From positions 48,360,001 through 48,424,000 of the forward strand of contig OX597823.1 of assembly GCA_951406725.2 (NCBI GenBank): a stretch of DNA of 64,000 bases. The letters run 5' to 3'. The notes beneath the pieces are model-generated. The model ran no database searches. It saw only the letters and a program-made list of their open reading frames with translations, and was not told the origin of the DNA. Of this stretch, positions 40,456-54,390 are shown piece after piece (position 1 is the stretch's first letter; every line of letters begins with the position of its first letter). The DNA is from Octopus vulgaris (lineage: Eukaryota). The translations under genes and the position numbers were made by a program.

Positions 40456-40524
40456 AATTCAGCAATTTAATACTTCAACTAATCTATTGAACTGAACAAC
40501 AACAACAATGCCGACAATGATGAT

Positions 40525-40738
40525 AATGGTTTCAAATTTTGGCACAGGCTTAAAAGTTTTTGAGAGGAAGAGAAGTTGATTACATCAATCCCAGTACTCA
40601 GCTGGTATCTATTTTACTGACCCTGAAAGGAGATGAAAGGCAAAGTTGACCTTGGTTGAATTTGAACTCTGAATGTAAAGAAAGATGAAATGCTGCTATG
40701 CATTTTATCCAGCATGCTAACAATTTTGCCAGCTTGTT
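40525..40738 (-). mobile_element. SINE family 2
   Basis: tttcaaattttggcaca...gatgaaaggcaaagttgac...gaatttgaactc..ttgccagc. Confidence 0.85.
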
Positions 40739-40739
40739 G

Positions 40740-41663
40740 CAAGAGCACTCAAAGACTGCGAAACTCTGCCAAGGCAACACCAACATCTTCTCAACAATTA
40801 GCTAGAGATGATTTTTAATATGAGAATATCTGAAATAAACTCGACTATTCTCACAAACAAGAATGCTAAAAATGAACCTGACCACTCACTAAAATTAAGT
40901 TAAAAAAAAACTGGAAAAATAATCTAGAATCCTTGTCTGATACCTGATCAATCCTAATGGTAGACATGGAATGTGAAGGTTTAATAATATTTAGTAATAA
41001 ATAGTTTATCCTTATCTAATACAAGCCAAAGTTAACAAATTCACAATTCAAAGTAGTTTCAATGGCGGAGTTAATAATAAGTTCTATTCAGGAATTTTTA
41101 AATGAATAGCATGAGACCTTTTGGTTTTCTCTTCTCTTAAATTCCAGCCTTCCTTTAGTATTCCAGTTGTTTTAGATCGATGTGTAGATGTATGTATATA
41201 TGTAAGTATACTGTAAAGTGCTAATATGTATGTATACTATATAAATTATATATTATAAAAATGTTAGTGTTATTTAATTTCTGACCGGTTTTGCTGCAGT
41301 TTGTTTATGTAGTTTGATTTCTTTATCCATCAGTTTCTACTAAGATAGAGACATGAGTAAAATTGATAATAGAGAAACAAAAATAAAACTTTGGAAACAG
41401 TCTAAAGGGAGATAGTTGAGAAAGACTTGAAAGTCAACATAAGATCATAATCGTGTAAAATAGAGTAAATATAACAAACAATCCAGAATCCTTGTCTGGT
41501 ACCGGATCGATCCCAAGATTTAAACATTTCGTGCCAGTCATGAGGCCAAACATCCCTGAAAGTTTCATCTGAATCCATCCAGTGGTTCTTGAGATATCTT
41601 GTCCACAGACAAACAAACACGACTGAAAACAATACCTATGCCTTCACTGACGCAGAGGTTATA
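40740..41663 (-). mobile_element. HINE-like (Helentron-associated) non-autonomous element(s)
   Basis: On the minus strand there are two 5' ends, TTATAACCTCTGC (41663) and TTATTAACTCCGCCA (about 41077), a (GTTT/GTCT) stretch, and a duplicated core gat..at.cggta.cagacaaggattct.gatt. The 3' end TTGGCAGAGTTTCGCAGTCTTTGAGTGC gives a subterminal IR plus hairpin. Confidence 0.6.
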
Positions 41664-41664
41664 A

Positions 41665-41837
41665 TGTTTTGAAATTTTGGCAGAGGGGGTAAGTCAATTA
41701 CATCGACCCCAGTGCTCAACAGGTACTTATTTTATTGAACCTTAAAAGATGAAAGGTAAAGTCGACTTCAGTGGAACTTGAAATGTGAATGTAGACAGAC
41801 AAAATGCCACTAAGCATTTTGTTCAGCATGCTAACAA
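41665..41837 (-). mobile_element. SINE family 2
   Basis: Reverse copy of core and head. Confidence 0.85.
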
Positions 41838-41870
41838 TTCTGCTAGCTTGCTGCCTTCATAATAATAATG

Positions 41871-41899
<29 letters not shown>

Positions 41900-41902
<3 letters not shown>

Positions 41903-42185
41903 CATCGTCATTTAACGTCCGCTTTCCATGCTAGCATGGGTTGGATGATTTGACTGAGGACTGGCTGCACCAGGCTCCAATCTGTTCTAGCAGAGTTTCT
42001 ACAGCTGGATGCCCTTCCTAATGCCAACCACTTCAAGAGTGTAGTGGGTGCTTTTATGTGCCGCTGGCTATGGCCACGCTCAAATGGTGTTTTTTTACGT
42101 GCCAACTGCACAGGAATCAGTCCAGTGGCACTGGCAACGACCTCGCTCAAATGTTTTGTTCACGTGCCACCGGCACAAGTGCCAA
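41900..42185 (-). mobile_element. SINE family 3 inserted in an (AAT)n tract
   Basis: Close to 40025-40280, with (AAT)n on both sides. Confidence 0.9.
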
Positions 42186-44474
42186 GTAATAATAATAACA
42201 ATAATAATAATTAATATTAACACATTTCTCCTTCAAATGGGATAAAATACCAACAGAACATCCTTATACTTATTTTCGTATTGTTATCTTTCATACCAGT
42301 AAGTGTGAGTTTTATTAATATAATTCTTTTTCACACCAAACTTGTCACAAAAAAATAAATGAACTAAAATATTCAATATACCAAATATATATTTATGATT
42401 AAAACATAGAGTCATGCAATGAAACTTAAGGTCATTCTTCAAGTTATCTGCAAAACAGTACGAGCAACAGGAAGATCAATTTTTGAATTATTATTACAAC
42501 CAAATTTCCACTTAAACCCCCAATTCTACTGAGACAATAATAGCTTTCAGCTACATAAAAAAGTGCTGCTTAGTCTAGAAGAGGATAGGCTATTTGCATA
42601 TTGGTATTAGTTTGACAATCATTAAAAATTCTCTTGCTAACAAAGCAGGAAAACTAAAAATTCAGTATACTTAAATATATTTATGCCATTTTACCGAGAA
42701 CTTGGAGTGGTAACCCCAAGATTCATTCTGATGCATGATTGTATATGTTTTAAGCATAAATATTTTGCTTAACTGAATTCTTAATATGTTTCTATATAAT
42801 CTCTGTTTTGTAATTTTCTATACATATTTAAATATATAGTTCTTATTTTATGAAATGATGTTCAAGTTTATCTTATAACAATGTTCACATTATTTGAGTA
42901 TTTCTAATTGACATAAAAAGGGTTTCAGATATGATACAGCCTCCTGTCAATGCTCTGAAGCAGTGAAGGAAAGCTGTAACAATAACTTGAACTAGCAGGG
43001 TTCTTGTAATACAAACTAAATACATTGAATTAAGTGAATCAAGAAGACAATGAAGACTTGCAATTAAGAAGCAAGATTTTCAGAAAATTAAAAAGCTGAG
43101 ATATAAACACGATGAAGAAATGACCTTTGCAGCTTAACAATATTTCATAAGTATTAAAGTCTTAACATGACCTTTGAATATCAGTTCAACTAAGGACTAG
43201 AACACATGGGAGAAAGCTTAATTTGATGTTTTTAGAGCAATGAAAGCAATATAAACAGGACAATATTAACAACAAATATAAGGGCCAAATATAAAAGGAT
43301 AACAAATGAACAAAATAAAAATGTTTTAACAATTACGATAATTTTAATTTATTTATGATTTTATGGCAACAAAAAGCTGTAATAAAATCACCATGGAAGA
43401 GCATTTAAAGTATGAATAACTCAAAGTAAATTAAGAAAATATTTGAACAATAAGAAATTTTCTAATTTTCAACTAATAAGATTTTTCAGTATGGAGATGT
43501 CATATTCCTTTTGTTGAACTGTGATTAAAAAACAAGTGATTTAGATTAATTAAAACATACTAAAAATTACAATTAGTTAATTTATCATATAGCCTATGGG
43601 TGTACAAATATGGTTTTATTTCTGGATTAATCTCTTTTCTTTGTTTTGCTCTAATTTGTCCAAACCAAGATGGGTTTTAAATTTTACAAAATGTTTTATA
43701 TACCTTGCTAATTTAGAGTTATTGGTAAGAAGGAATATAGTTGAATGCTTTCATCAGCAATTGCTCAACACATCTTAAGACAACGGCAAATTGTAACTGG
43801 CCAACTTATACTCAAAGCATGAAGCCTGCATACAGTAAATGCCTTTTTATAAAAATATATCTTATTAGAAATCATTTTAACTATAACATTCCAATACTTT
43901 CACAAAATACACATAAGCATAACATGACACGAAAATCTCACATTACTATACTAGTTTAGACTGTATATAAAAAGCTAGAACCAGCAAGCAGTTGCTTCAA
44001 ACAGATTCACTGTTCCTTGACATATAAATATCACATAAGATCACTAATCTCTGCAAATAATTACACTGAGTAAAATCCACATCTATATCATGCATAATGC
44101 TAAAGTTCTTGATATCACCTACAATTCTTTCATTACATTCCCACAGTACAAGGTATGGAGTAGAAAGCAGCTGTTATATTTTTCTATTGTATTATAAAGA
44201 AGTGATTGTATTTAAGAGATGTCAACTGATTCTACAAATGATGGAACAAATATAAATAAGGATTATTGAAGATGACCCTCCACTTAATCTTATAGAAATT
44301 ACGGGGAAACTTAAGGAGGAATCAATAAACTAATTTTCCAATAAAAAGTAGAAATAATGAGGCCCCTGCCTGTCGGAAACTTATAAACAGAACAAGCAAA
44401 TAAGCTTATTGGTATTATCATATATACAAAAAGGTGAGCTAAGACTCTGTTTAAAAAAAAGTTAATTAAAAACA

Positions 44475-44745
44475 TTCTGTTGGCACTATGTAAAACAAGC
44501 ACTTGTCCTGGCACCACATAAAAAGTACCCATGCCGGCACCACATAAAAAGCTCCTGAGCTGGCATCATGTAAAAATACCCATTACACTCTGTAAAGTGG
44601 TTGACATTAAGAAGAGCATCAAACTGTAGAAACCATGCCAAAACAGACAACTAGAGCCTGGTGCAGCTCTCTGGTTTGCCAGCTTTTGTCAAACTGTCCA
44701 ACCCATGCCAGCATGGAAAATAGACATTAGATGATAATGATGATA
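44475..44745 (+). mobile_element. SINE family 3
   Basis: Tandem ggcaccacataaaaag units followed by the conserved tail. Confidence 0.88.
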
Positions 44746-45287
44746 TGTTGAGTGTGATGGAGTGGCAGTAAATCTCTATTAAAATGAGTTTATGACAAAG
44801 TTTCAGCTCCTGGTTAGAAACATTTGGAATAGTAAATGAATTTTCCTGAGTTCATTCCAACAGTCTGCTCATTGATACAATCACCTCTGATAATGAAGAA
44901 GGGAAAAACAAAAAAAAAAAAAGTACAATCCATTGAATGTTTAAATTGGGTCTCTAGATGTGGGGCTTTTCAGAAGAAATAACAAAACAATACAAGTGAC
45001 AACACTGCAGACACTGCCCCCCACCACCAGCCCATACCATTATAGAAAAATGGGTGCTAAAATAATGCTGCTTTTGATGATGATGATGATGATGATGTGT
45101 GATATGAGTAAGTCTTCTTGTTACTAGACACATCTATAGTGCTTTTATTTGTTAGTTTTAATAAACTGTTTCATTGCTGAAGACAGAGAGTAGATAATTA
45201 GAAACATTGGAAGTCTTACAAGTTTTCCTTTATGTTTCTCCTTCTTTCCTATCATATTTAGTTTTAAAGTAAAATTTTAATCTAGAG

Positions 45288-46038
45288 CAGTGGTTTTCAA
45301 CTGGGGTCCACATCAGCAAAACAGTTAATTGGAGCTCCACAGTAGTATTTTAGGGGTTAATGAAAAAAACTTGGCTTTAGATGTATTTATTGTAAGAAAC
45401 AACTAGTTTTCTTTCCCCCTAACTCTTAATCTAGTTCACCATGTTTCCAGTCACGGAAACATGTTTTCTCAGAGAGTGCCATTGCAAACCTAATAAAGTG
45501 GACATGTGAAAAACAAAATAGGAATTTTGAAATCTTGCTTCTCAACCACATGGTTCCAGGTTCAGTCCTACTATGTGCACCTTGGGCAAGTGTCTTTTAA
45601 TATAGCTTCAGGCCAATCAAAGCCTTGTGAGTGGATTTGGTAGATGGAAACTGAAACAAAGCCATTGTGTGTGAGTGTGTGTGTGTATGTATATATATAT
45701 ATATATGTCTGTGTGTGCCTTTGTGTATGTGTTTGTTATCCCATTACTGCTTGAAAACTGGTGTTGGTGTGTTTATGTCCCTGTAACTTAGTGGTTCAGC
45801 ACAAGGGATCGATAGATTAAGTACTAGGCTTAAGAAATAAGTCCTGGGGTTGATTTGTTTGATTAAAACCCTTCAAGGCAGTACTCTAGCATGGCCGCAG
45901 TCAAATGACTGAAACAAGGAAGAGAATTAAAAAAAATAACTAACTCTAAAACTAGTTTTTGAACATGGAATGGCTATAGAGATCCACTAAAATAAAATAA
46001 TAATCAAAAGGTCCATAGATAGAGATTGAGAACTGCTG
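45288..46038. mobile_element. hAT (Charlie-like) MITE carrying a family 1 SINE (about 45535-45925)
   Basis: TIRs CAGTGGTTTTCAA / TTGAGAACTGCTG and an 8-bp TSD ATCTAGAG / ATCTCGAG (7 of 8). Confidence 0.9.
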
Positions 46039-47257
46039 ATCTCGAGTTTAAGAACATGATAATTCTGATTCAGTTTCATAATGTTTTTATAAGGTGGATT
46101 TTAAAAAGTTGACATGTGTAATCCGGCCCAAAGTATTGTTAATTTTGCTTTAAATTGGTTTCATTCATGTGCTTGTTCTGATTTTGAAAGCATGTAATTA
46201 TGAGAAAAAAATTGTTTAATTTAAGCTTTTTCATTTAAGAAAATTTGACTTGTCAATGATTTAAAATTTAGATAACACAGTTTTGATAACGTACTCAAAT
46301 TCTGTTATATAAAGCTGCATTCTTTAAACTAACAGTAAGACATTGTATCAAGATTCAGAATTCCAATCAAAGATAGATATATTATGATTAGGTAATAAAA
46401 CTAAATTCCCATCACAATCATAGAAATGACAATAACAGGAATATTAGGCCAATAGCACATATAAATGAATAGCTTTAATATCTGATAGCATGCTTGTCTG
46501 AATGAAATTGTCAATAAGGACTGTCAAAATATTGCATGAAAATTGAGTCGCTATACAGTTTTATTGGTCTGAATGAGAAAATGCATCAGCAAAAGGCTGT
46601 AACTAGAAATCAATAACTCATAGTCAGCAGACTGATTGAAAGTGGCAGAGCTGGCATACACTTCTATTCAAGCACTGTACTCCTTCGAACATTTCAGCCA
46701 GCTATGCAAAATTTCATTTTCAGACTGCAGCATGAAAACAAAGACGAGGATTATTTAAGAGACGTGATTGCTAAGACACTTTACATTTGCTGGGGATGCT
46801 TTCACACTATTTCTTTCTTTTTTCTTTTCTTTATTTTCTTTTATTTCTTTATTTTTTTTTTTCATTTTATTTTTCGAAAGTTGAAGAAATTTAGCAAGAA
46901 CAGAATAAAAGATTGACTACTAAATGTAAGAGAATACATAATAGTATTAAGCAGAGCAATAAAAGTGTTAAATGTTCCACTTTTAAAATACATTGCCTAA
47001 GTGTGTATTTGTGTAGTAGCTGAGGTAGTGGACTACTTAACTAAATACAATCATGGACCAAACTGTGTCACTTTGATGTTCAGAGACAAGGCACATTTCC
47101 CTAACTAGTAAGAAATAATTGCCTCACTTACTACAAAAGGGACCGTCTTAAATGACTAAATATCTGATAGGGAAAAATTGATGCAAAAGTATAAAGGGGG
47201 ATGAAAAGAAAAAGGGTAGAGATTGAGAAATATTTATATTAATGACATTTCATAATT

Positions 47258-47955
47258 TATCTTTTATCTTTTACTTGTTTCAGCCATTGGACTGTGGCCA
47301 TGCTTGGACACTACCTTCAAGGGTTTAGTCAAACATATCAACCCTAGTTCTTAATTTTCTATAAGAGTGGTTTTCTATGAAATTCTATCGGTTTCTTTTT
47401 TGCCAAACCACAAAGTTAAAAACCAAGGCTGGTTGTCAAGAAGTGATGGGGAGCATGCACACATACATACATGAGGGTGACCCCCTTTGGTCATAAATGA
47501 CCGTGGGATTGCACCTAGAAAGCCACCCTCTGAGGCACATGTCCGGGCAAGGTTATTTCATGGAAGACCAGCAGTCACCCATGCATACCAGCCTCCCGTT
47601 TCCACGCCACCGATGTTATCCAAGGGAAAAGCAAAGGCCAATACAGCTTGGCACCAGTGATGTTGCAATTCATTTCTACAGCTGAGTGAACTGGAGTAAC
47701 ATGAAATAAAGTGTCCTTGCTCAAGCACACAACATGCAGCCAGTCCAAAAATTGAACTCACAACCTAATAATCGTAAGGTCAACACTCTAACCACTGAGC
47801 CATGCATCATCATTCATTCATTCATACATACATATATACATACATATATATATATATAAAGGACTTCTTTCAGTTTCCATCTATAAATCCACTCATAAGC
47901 ATTTGGCCAGCTTTTATAGTAGAAGACACTTGCCCAACCTGCCACACAGTGGGAT
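47258..47955 (-). mobile_element. SINE family 1 with a family 4-type SINE (about 47475-47805) inserted in its internal microsatellite
   Basis: Tail at 47258-47450, head at 47860-47955. The insert has a tggctcagtggttag head and cttgagcaaggacactt. Confidence 0.82.
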
Positions 47956-48089
47956 CAAGAATCAAATGATATAAATAAACATGCAATAATGATTACAGTA
48001 TCACAACTCATATGTCAAGATCATGGCAAGATTTAGCGAGGGCAGGAAATGTTGTATACTTTCTTTGTTTTAATATGTTTGATCTGGAG

Positions 48090-48300
48090 AAAGGCAGCAA
48101 CTAGGCAGAATTATTACCATGCCAAGCAAAATGTTTGGTGGCATGTTGTCCATCTTTATGTTCTGAGTTCAAATTCTGCTGAGGTCAACTTTTCTTTTCA
48201 TCTTTTATTCAATAAAATAAGTACCAGTTGAGCACTGGGGTCAATGTAAATGACTTACTCCCTCCTTCAAAATACTGGCCTTGAGCCAAAATTGGAAATC
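48090..48300 (+). mobile_element. SINE family 2
   Basis: ttctgagttcaaattctgctgaggtcaact...aaataagtaccagttgagcactggggtc. Confidence 0.85.
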
Positions 48301-49613
48301 AATATTTTGGTCAGGAGAAGCAAAGCAGTGACCATAAACTTTACAAATTTGCATAGACTGGTGATATTTTTATGATTAGCATCTAATTTGAGGATCTGCA
48401 GCTTAAGATGTCTGAAAGGAAAATAGGAGTAGGGCAAGTATGTTTGCAATGGAGTCAGTATTGATAAAAGCACCAAAGGACCACATAGCAGTGTTAAAAT
48501 GAGTGATGTAGGTACGCTGTGTTTGTTTCAATGTAATAGCTGAGCATGATAGTATGTAGCAGAGGGAACTTATGATTATAAGGTTGAGAGCTTGCTTTCT
48601 GAATTGACAGTATTTTGTCTCCTTGGCACTTCATTTTACATTACACCAGTCCACTCTGCCAAAAAAGGAGCCACATCTTCAACAGTGTGGCACCTTGTCC
48701 CACTCAGACTACTAAACCCATATTCTTTTTTATTGTTTAGTCAGGAGGTAAGACAGTGCTCTGACCCTTTGTAGGCCTCTCAGACTGATGGGAGAGAAAG
48801 AAGAAGGGACCGTCAAACTGGAGACCTGAAATCAAATGCTTGTAGCAAAGTGAAACCCATTGTTAATCACACTCAAGGGTCAAGTGGTAATGTTATACTA
48901 AATGACAGATTAATTCTATCACCTAAGTAAGTCATGGTAATATTTGAACTCGGAATGTAAAGGGCTGAAACAAATACCATAAGGCATCCTGTCTAATGCT
49001 CTAACATTCCTGCAACTCCACTGCTCCTAACTGATACTTTATTTGGACGAAAGGCAAAGTTGACAATTGCATGATTTGAACTCAGAACAAAATGAGCTGG
49101 AAAAAAATACAAGGTATTTCATCCAATGCTCAAATGACTTTGCCAATTTGCCATCTAATCTTGCAAATGAAAATGTCCACAGCCTTTGGTGGTTACAGCT
49201 ATGGTCTAAGGAATATCAACAGTCAAGCAATACATGCATCAAAGGTTTCATACTTTAACATACTGACACAGAAAAACACTAGAGAAATCAAGTGACAGAC
49301 ATGAATTTGAACAACACACAATTATGAATGATAAACAAGAAACATACCATACGTGTATATAGACACATGCATACCTATATAGGCATATTAAATGTGCATA
49401 TCTGTGTGTGTGTGTGTGTGTGTGCATGCAGCTATACATACGTAAAAAATAATAAATTGACACGATATATATTTGTGTGTGATGATAACAGGAATGATGT
49501 GAACTAGGTCTAACGATAAGAAAGAACAAAATCAAATTAAGACAAGTAATAACTGGGTGAGATAGCTGAACAGATGCTACTTTTGAGAACTGTTCCTATT
49601 AGAAACTGGATGA

Positions 49614-50543
49614 AGATATGTTAATTATTATAATAGAAGATATATTTATTATAAAATATGTTACATAATATCTATTTTACTAATAAAAACATTTCTAAGT
49701 TAGATGGCTGATAGGAGTTTTATTATTGTATGTCTTACAAAATTATTGATATAAAATTATGTTTTGAAACATATTGTTTCAATGTAAGAGGGTCAAATTG
49801 GAAATGAAAACACACTCACTGGTTGTATTTCAATTATTTTTAACGATATAGTAGCTATCTCACTAATTAACTAATTACCTAATCACTTGGTTGATTAATT
49901 GTTTGATGAATCAATTAGTTGGTTTGATCACAGCGATCACAGTGGTTTGATCACAGTTGGCTTCAGCACAGTGGACAACATTATTGATGATAATGGTGCC
50001 CTTCGTCTGTTCTTCTGTCACAAACTGATTTCTGTCTTTTACATCAATATCTATAGGTTTTAGTACTTGGATTGTATGTTATAATTTGAGTGGTTTTCTT
50101 GAGTATGTGTATGTAATTATGCATATATGCATTTGTGCATGAAAACTTGTGTTGTTCGTTCATGTGTATCAGGTTGTGACAGAAATGGAGCAGGTAGGCG
50201 CACATCAATGATAAGGATGCAGACTGCAGCAAAAGGACTCTGATGAACCAACTGCAACAAAAGGACTTTGATGAATTAACTGACTGATTGACCAAACAAT
50301 TGATTGATCAATTAGTTCACTAGTTGACTGGCAACAATGGTTAGTAGTGTTTGATAAATAATACTTAGATACTTGAATTATTATTATGATAGAATCAAAT
50401 TTTTAAACATAGCAAAAAATTATTTTATGACTACAGTATCTAACTACAGCCATCTAGCTAAGAAATGTTTTTATTAGTAAAATAGATATCATGTAACATA
50501 TTTTATAATAAATATATCTTCTATTATAATAATTAACATATCT
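49614..50543. mobile_element. 930-bp long-TIR fold-back element (unclassified MITE)
   Basis: About 95-bp near-perfect TIRs (AGATATGTTAATTATTATAATAGAAGATATATTTATTATAAAATATGTTAC...TAGATGGCTG) with further degenerate inverted similarity inside (ttgattaattgtttg / caaacaattgattga). Confidence 0.88.
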
Positions 50544-50586
50544 AACCAACAATTGCTATACATGGATTGTTTTTTTTTTTCTTTTT

Positions 50587-50814
50587 TAACCCTTTAGCTT
50601 TCAGATTGCTCTGTCAAATGTTATGCTCATTTATTCACGTTGTTTTGAATTAATCATGCATAACTGCATAGCTTCAAGGTTTCAATGATGTGATTGTTTA
50701 TTTTTACAACGACACTGTAGGGCAAGTATGAGAGGCCAGATCTCACCACTTTGGACATAAAGTAGGTAGAATGTTTGGGCATTATTTGGCCAGTTTAAAT
50801 GTTAAAGGGTTTAA
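50587..50814 (+). mobile_element. TTAA-ended MITE A, uninterrupted copy
   Basis: TTAACCCTTTAGC...GTTAAAGGGTTTAA. Confidence 0.85.
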
Positions 50815-51049
50815 TCACTATCATCATTTAATGTCCACTTTTCCATGCTTGCATAGGTCAGACAGAATTTGCTTGAGACAGATTTCCTACATCAGGATGT
50901 CCTTCCTGTCACCAATTTTACCTGTTCCTGAGCAAGGTAATATTTTCCCATAGCTAGACATGTTTTTCATGGAAAATTGGAAATGAACAATCTTACTTTT
51001 ATGACAAAGACACTCATCTACAACCATCATGTGATGCCTAGACATACAG

Positions 51050-51090
<41 letters not shown>

Positions 51091-51094
<4 letters not shown>

Positions 51095-51306
51095 GGGGTA
51101 CTGAAACATTCCTGGCCATAAGAGTATCGAGAAAAAGGCCTGATTGGAGGCCCAGCCTTCTGACTTCTTTTACATGGCTTAGAAAAACTGAAGGACCGCT
51201 GAAATAAATGTGTGAATCTGAGAGAGGAGTATGTTGAATAAAATCAAAAATGAACCTCTTGTATTTTCTTTTGCCCAAAGCCAGGAGCGTTTTCAGCACC
51301 CACTTG
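51091..51306 (+). mobile_element. Mariner-derived MITE in (TA)n
   Basis: TIRs TGAGGGGGTACTGAAACATTCCTGGC / GCCAGGAGCGTTTTCAGCACCCACTTG. Retains KDR*NKCVNLREEYVE*. Confidence 0.85.
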
Positions 51307-51556
51307 TATATATACATATATATATATATATATGAATATATGTATGCATATATATATATGCACATATGTACGTGTGCGTATATATATATATATATATATC
51401 TGTAAATATAATATGTGATAATTATTCAGTAGCCATGATAAAACTATGAGTTTCGGATGTCGGGGTGGAAATAATTGTCACATATTATATTTATAGATAA
51501 ATTCTTCTATTTACATAATATCGAGGTCTCTTTCATTTTTTTGTTGTCTTACCATT

Positions 51557-51590
<34 letters not shown>

Positions 51591-51674
51591 TGTGCACAAG
51601 TCATCTAAGAGACCATAATTCAGGGAAAAGCACCTTGACAACAGAAAGCTGTCATCATATCCCCTTCCATATCA

Positions 51675-51760
51675 GCTAACTCTGATGAGCATAAAGTTAT
51701 ATAATTGGTTCATTACCTAACAATTGTATTCTTTACATGAAACCAATTGGTAAGACCAGT
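51675..51760 (+). ncRNA. Type I hammerhead motif (family B)
   Basis: CTGATGA-GCATAAAG...CTTTACAT-GAAACCAATTGGTA-AG. Both core strands are intact and helix III is the 10-nt palindrome ACCAATTGGT. The base of stem II is mismatched. Confidence 0.7.
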
Positions 51761-51949
51761 CTTGATGGTTATCTAATACTATACACATTAAGTGGGGTCA
51801 CTCCTATTTTGTTTTGCATATCTATTATTTTCACTACAAGTGAACCAATCACACAGTAAATGTAATTACTTTACTGCATTATATCCAGTGAGTGTGAGTT
51901 GTAAGTTTGCTTAACAACCACATAGTATTAAATCTATCAATCTACATAT

Positions 51950-52255
51950 CATCATCATCATCACTGTTTAATGTTTGCCTTCCATGCTGGCCTGGGGTGG
52001 AGAGTTTGATCGGAGCTGGCCAAACAGAAGACTGCACCAGAATTGTGTCTGTTTTGGAACAGTAGTTATGGCTGGATGCCCCTTCCTAACACCAACCACT
52101 GAGCAGAGTGGAATGAGTGCTTTTTACAAGGCACAAGCACAGGCGAGGTCAGTTTTGGCGTGGTTTTTATGGTTGGATGGATGCTCTTCCAAATGCTAAC
52201 CACTTTACAGTGTGGACTTTACAGTATAGATGCTTTTTATGTGGCACTGGCACAT
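51950..52255 (-). mobile_element. SINE family 3 with internal duplication
   Basis: (CAT)n, ttccatgctgg and two ggatgc..ttcc.aa..c.aaccact blocks. Confidence 0.8.
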
Positions 52256-52429
52256 GTATACACACACACACGTGCACACACATATATGCAGGATAATGCT
52301 AATAACATAGCATGAACAGGATAAACTATCCATATTTTGCCGAAAAATCTGTCGGCAGCCAGCCATGATACTCAAACTCACATCCCTGTGATTATATATA
52401 TATATATATATATATATATGCATATAAAT

Positions 52430-52805
52430 GTGCAGATGTAGCTGTGTGGTAAGAAGTTTACTTCCCAACCATATAGTTTTGAGTTCAGTTCCACTGTGTG
52501 GCACTTTGGGCAAGTCTCTTCTACTATAGCATCAGGTTGATCAAAGCCTTGTGAGTGGATTTGGGGGGCAGAAACTGAAGGAAATCTGTTGCGCGTGTGC
52601 GTGCATGCGTGCGTGTGTGTGTGTGTCAGTGTGTATGTGTTTGTCCACTACATGACAACCAGAGTTGACCTGTTTACAATTCTCTAACTTGGCATTTTGG
52701 CTAAAAAGACTGATAGAATAAGTACCAGACTTCGCTAAACCCTTCAAAGGCAGTGCCTCAAAATGGCTGCAGTCCATTGACTCAAACAAATAAATGATAA
52801 AAGAT
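52430..52805 (+). mobile_element. SINE family 1
   Basis: Head, CORE-like block, (TG)n and tail. Confidence 0.85.
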
Positions 52806-54309
52806 ATCTCTTAAATGTTTAATGTAAGTTTACCTCTGTATCTTCTGTGAGTGACTGAGCATCCAAGATTGAAAAATGAGATCTGTCACAAGTTAAAATA
52901 ACAAACAAAAAAAAAATTCATATCATCAGTCACCAATTTTATTTTTTTACGATATGCTTAAACCAGTGAGATGTATAATTACATATTCACTTAACAGGAG
53001 TTGATAAAGCTGTCTAGAGAGGCCTCAGAGTAGTTTCAGTAGATAGAAATAGAACAACTTAACAATTAAAAGATCAACGATTGATTCTAGACTAACACTG
53101 AAATGCTAACAGAACTATCTACTTTCTGACTGAAAGAGTAATCTGCTATAAATACATACATATATACACATATATATTTTCAAAACTCACTGTTATCTAA
53201 ATTCCTCTCTAATCTTAACTGGAATTATTCTGTCATGAAGAAAGTAGTCCTGGTTAAATCTTGAGGTTACAAAGTCCAAAGAATGCAGTTTACCAATGAT
53301 GAAAACTATAAGCAATTAGATTTCCTTATCAACTAAGACGCTCAATTTAATGGTCGTCTGTTTTCTTGACTATTTATCAGACAACTATATTCAGGCTTTC
53401 ATTCTTACCATTTACCCAGCATGAAGAAACTGATATCAACGTGATCAATAATGGAATTACTTTCATCAGGTACAGACATGTTAACTTCACCAAGAAATGG
53501 ATTTATTGATAGCTAATACAGAAACTAAGAAATTTCATATTCACTGCAGAAAGGGATGCTCATATTACCAGCGACATAACTTATCATTACAGCTGTACTA
53601 AACAAGTCAGAAAGTCCTAACAATCACAGATGATTTGTTTTTATTTCATAATTAAACTACCTTGCTGTGAGGCTTGCCATGTTATCATAAAATGTTAAAT
53701 CTTTGTTTACACTTTGCTTTAATGAAAGCTAAGGAAAAGATACACTAAACAGTAACTAAATCTGACCGATAGCAAGTGATTTCTACATCTTGGAAATGAC
53801 TTAGTATGAAGGAAAAGTCTTGATTGCTTTTCTCTGGAAATTAGCAGAGAAATAGGCCTTAGAATATTGTAGAATATTACTATTTGCTCCAGCATGGTTG
53901 AGTGGTTCAAAAGCTTGCATCACAACCAAGTAGTTTCAGGTCCAGTCACACTGCTTAGTACCTTGGGCAAGTATCTACAATTGCAAATACCTACTATTGC
54001 CTATCTACTGTCTACTACTTGACCAATACCTTGTGAGCGAAATTTGGTAGAAAGAAATTGTATTGAAGCCTACTGTGCATGTATTTATATCGTCATCATC
54101 ATCATCATCACCACCATCATTTATCATCTATTTTCCATTCTGGCATGGGTTGGACAGTTTGACAGGAGCTGGCAGAGCTGGGAGATGTAGCAGGCTCCAT
54201 TATCTGTTCTAGTAGAGGTTTTACAACTAGATGCCCTTCCTAATACTAATTACTTTACAGAGTGGACTGAGTGCTCTTTGCATGGTACCAGCATACATGT
54301 ATATCTACA

Positions 54310-54390
<81 letters not shown>

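Noticed and set aside
45175-45222. CTGAAGA...GAAAC...GTC hammerhead candidate
   Set aside because: No pairing for stem II or stem I.
51420-51480. Minus-strand CGAAACTCATAGTT half-motif
   Set aside because: No CTGANGA strand is found upstream; possibly a deleted copy but unsupported.
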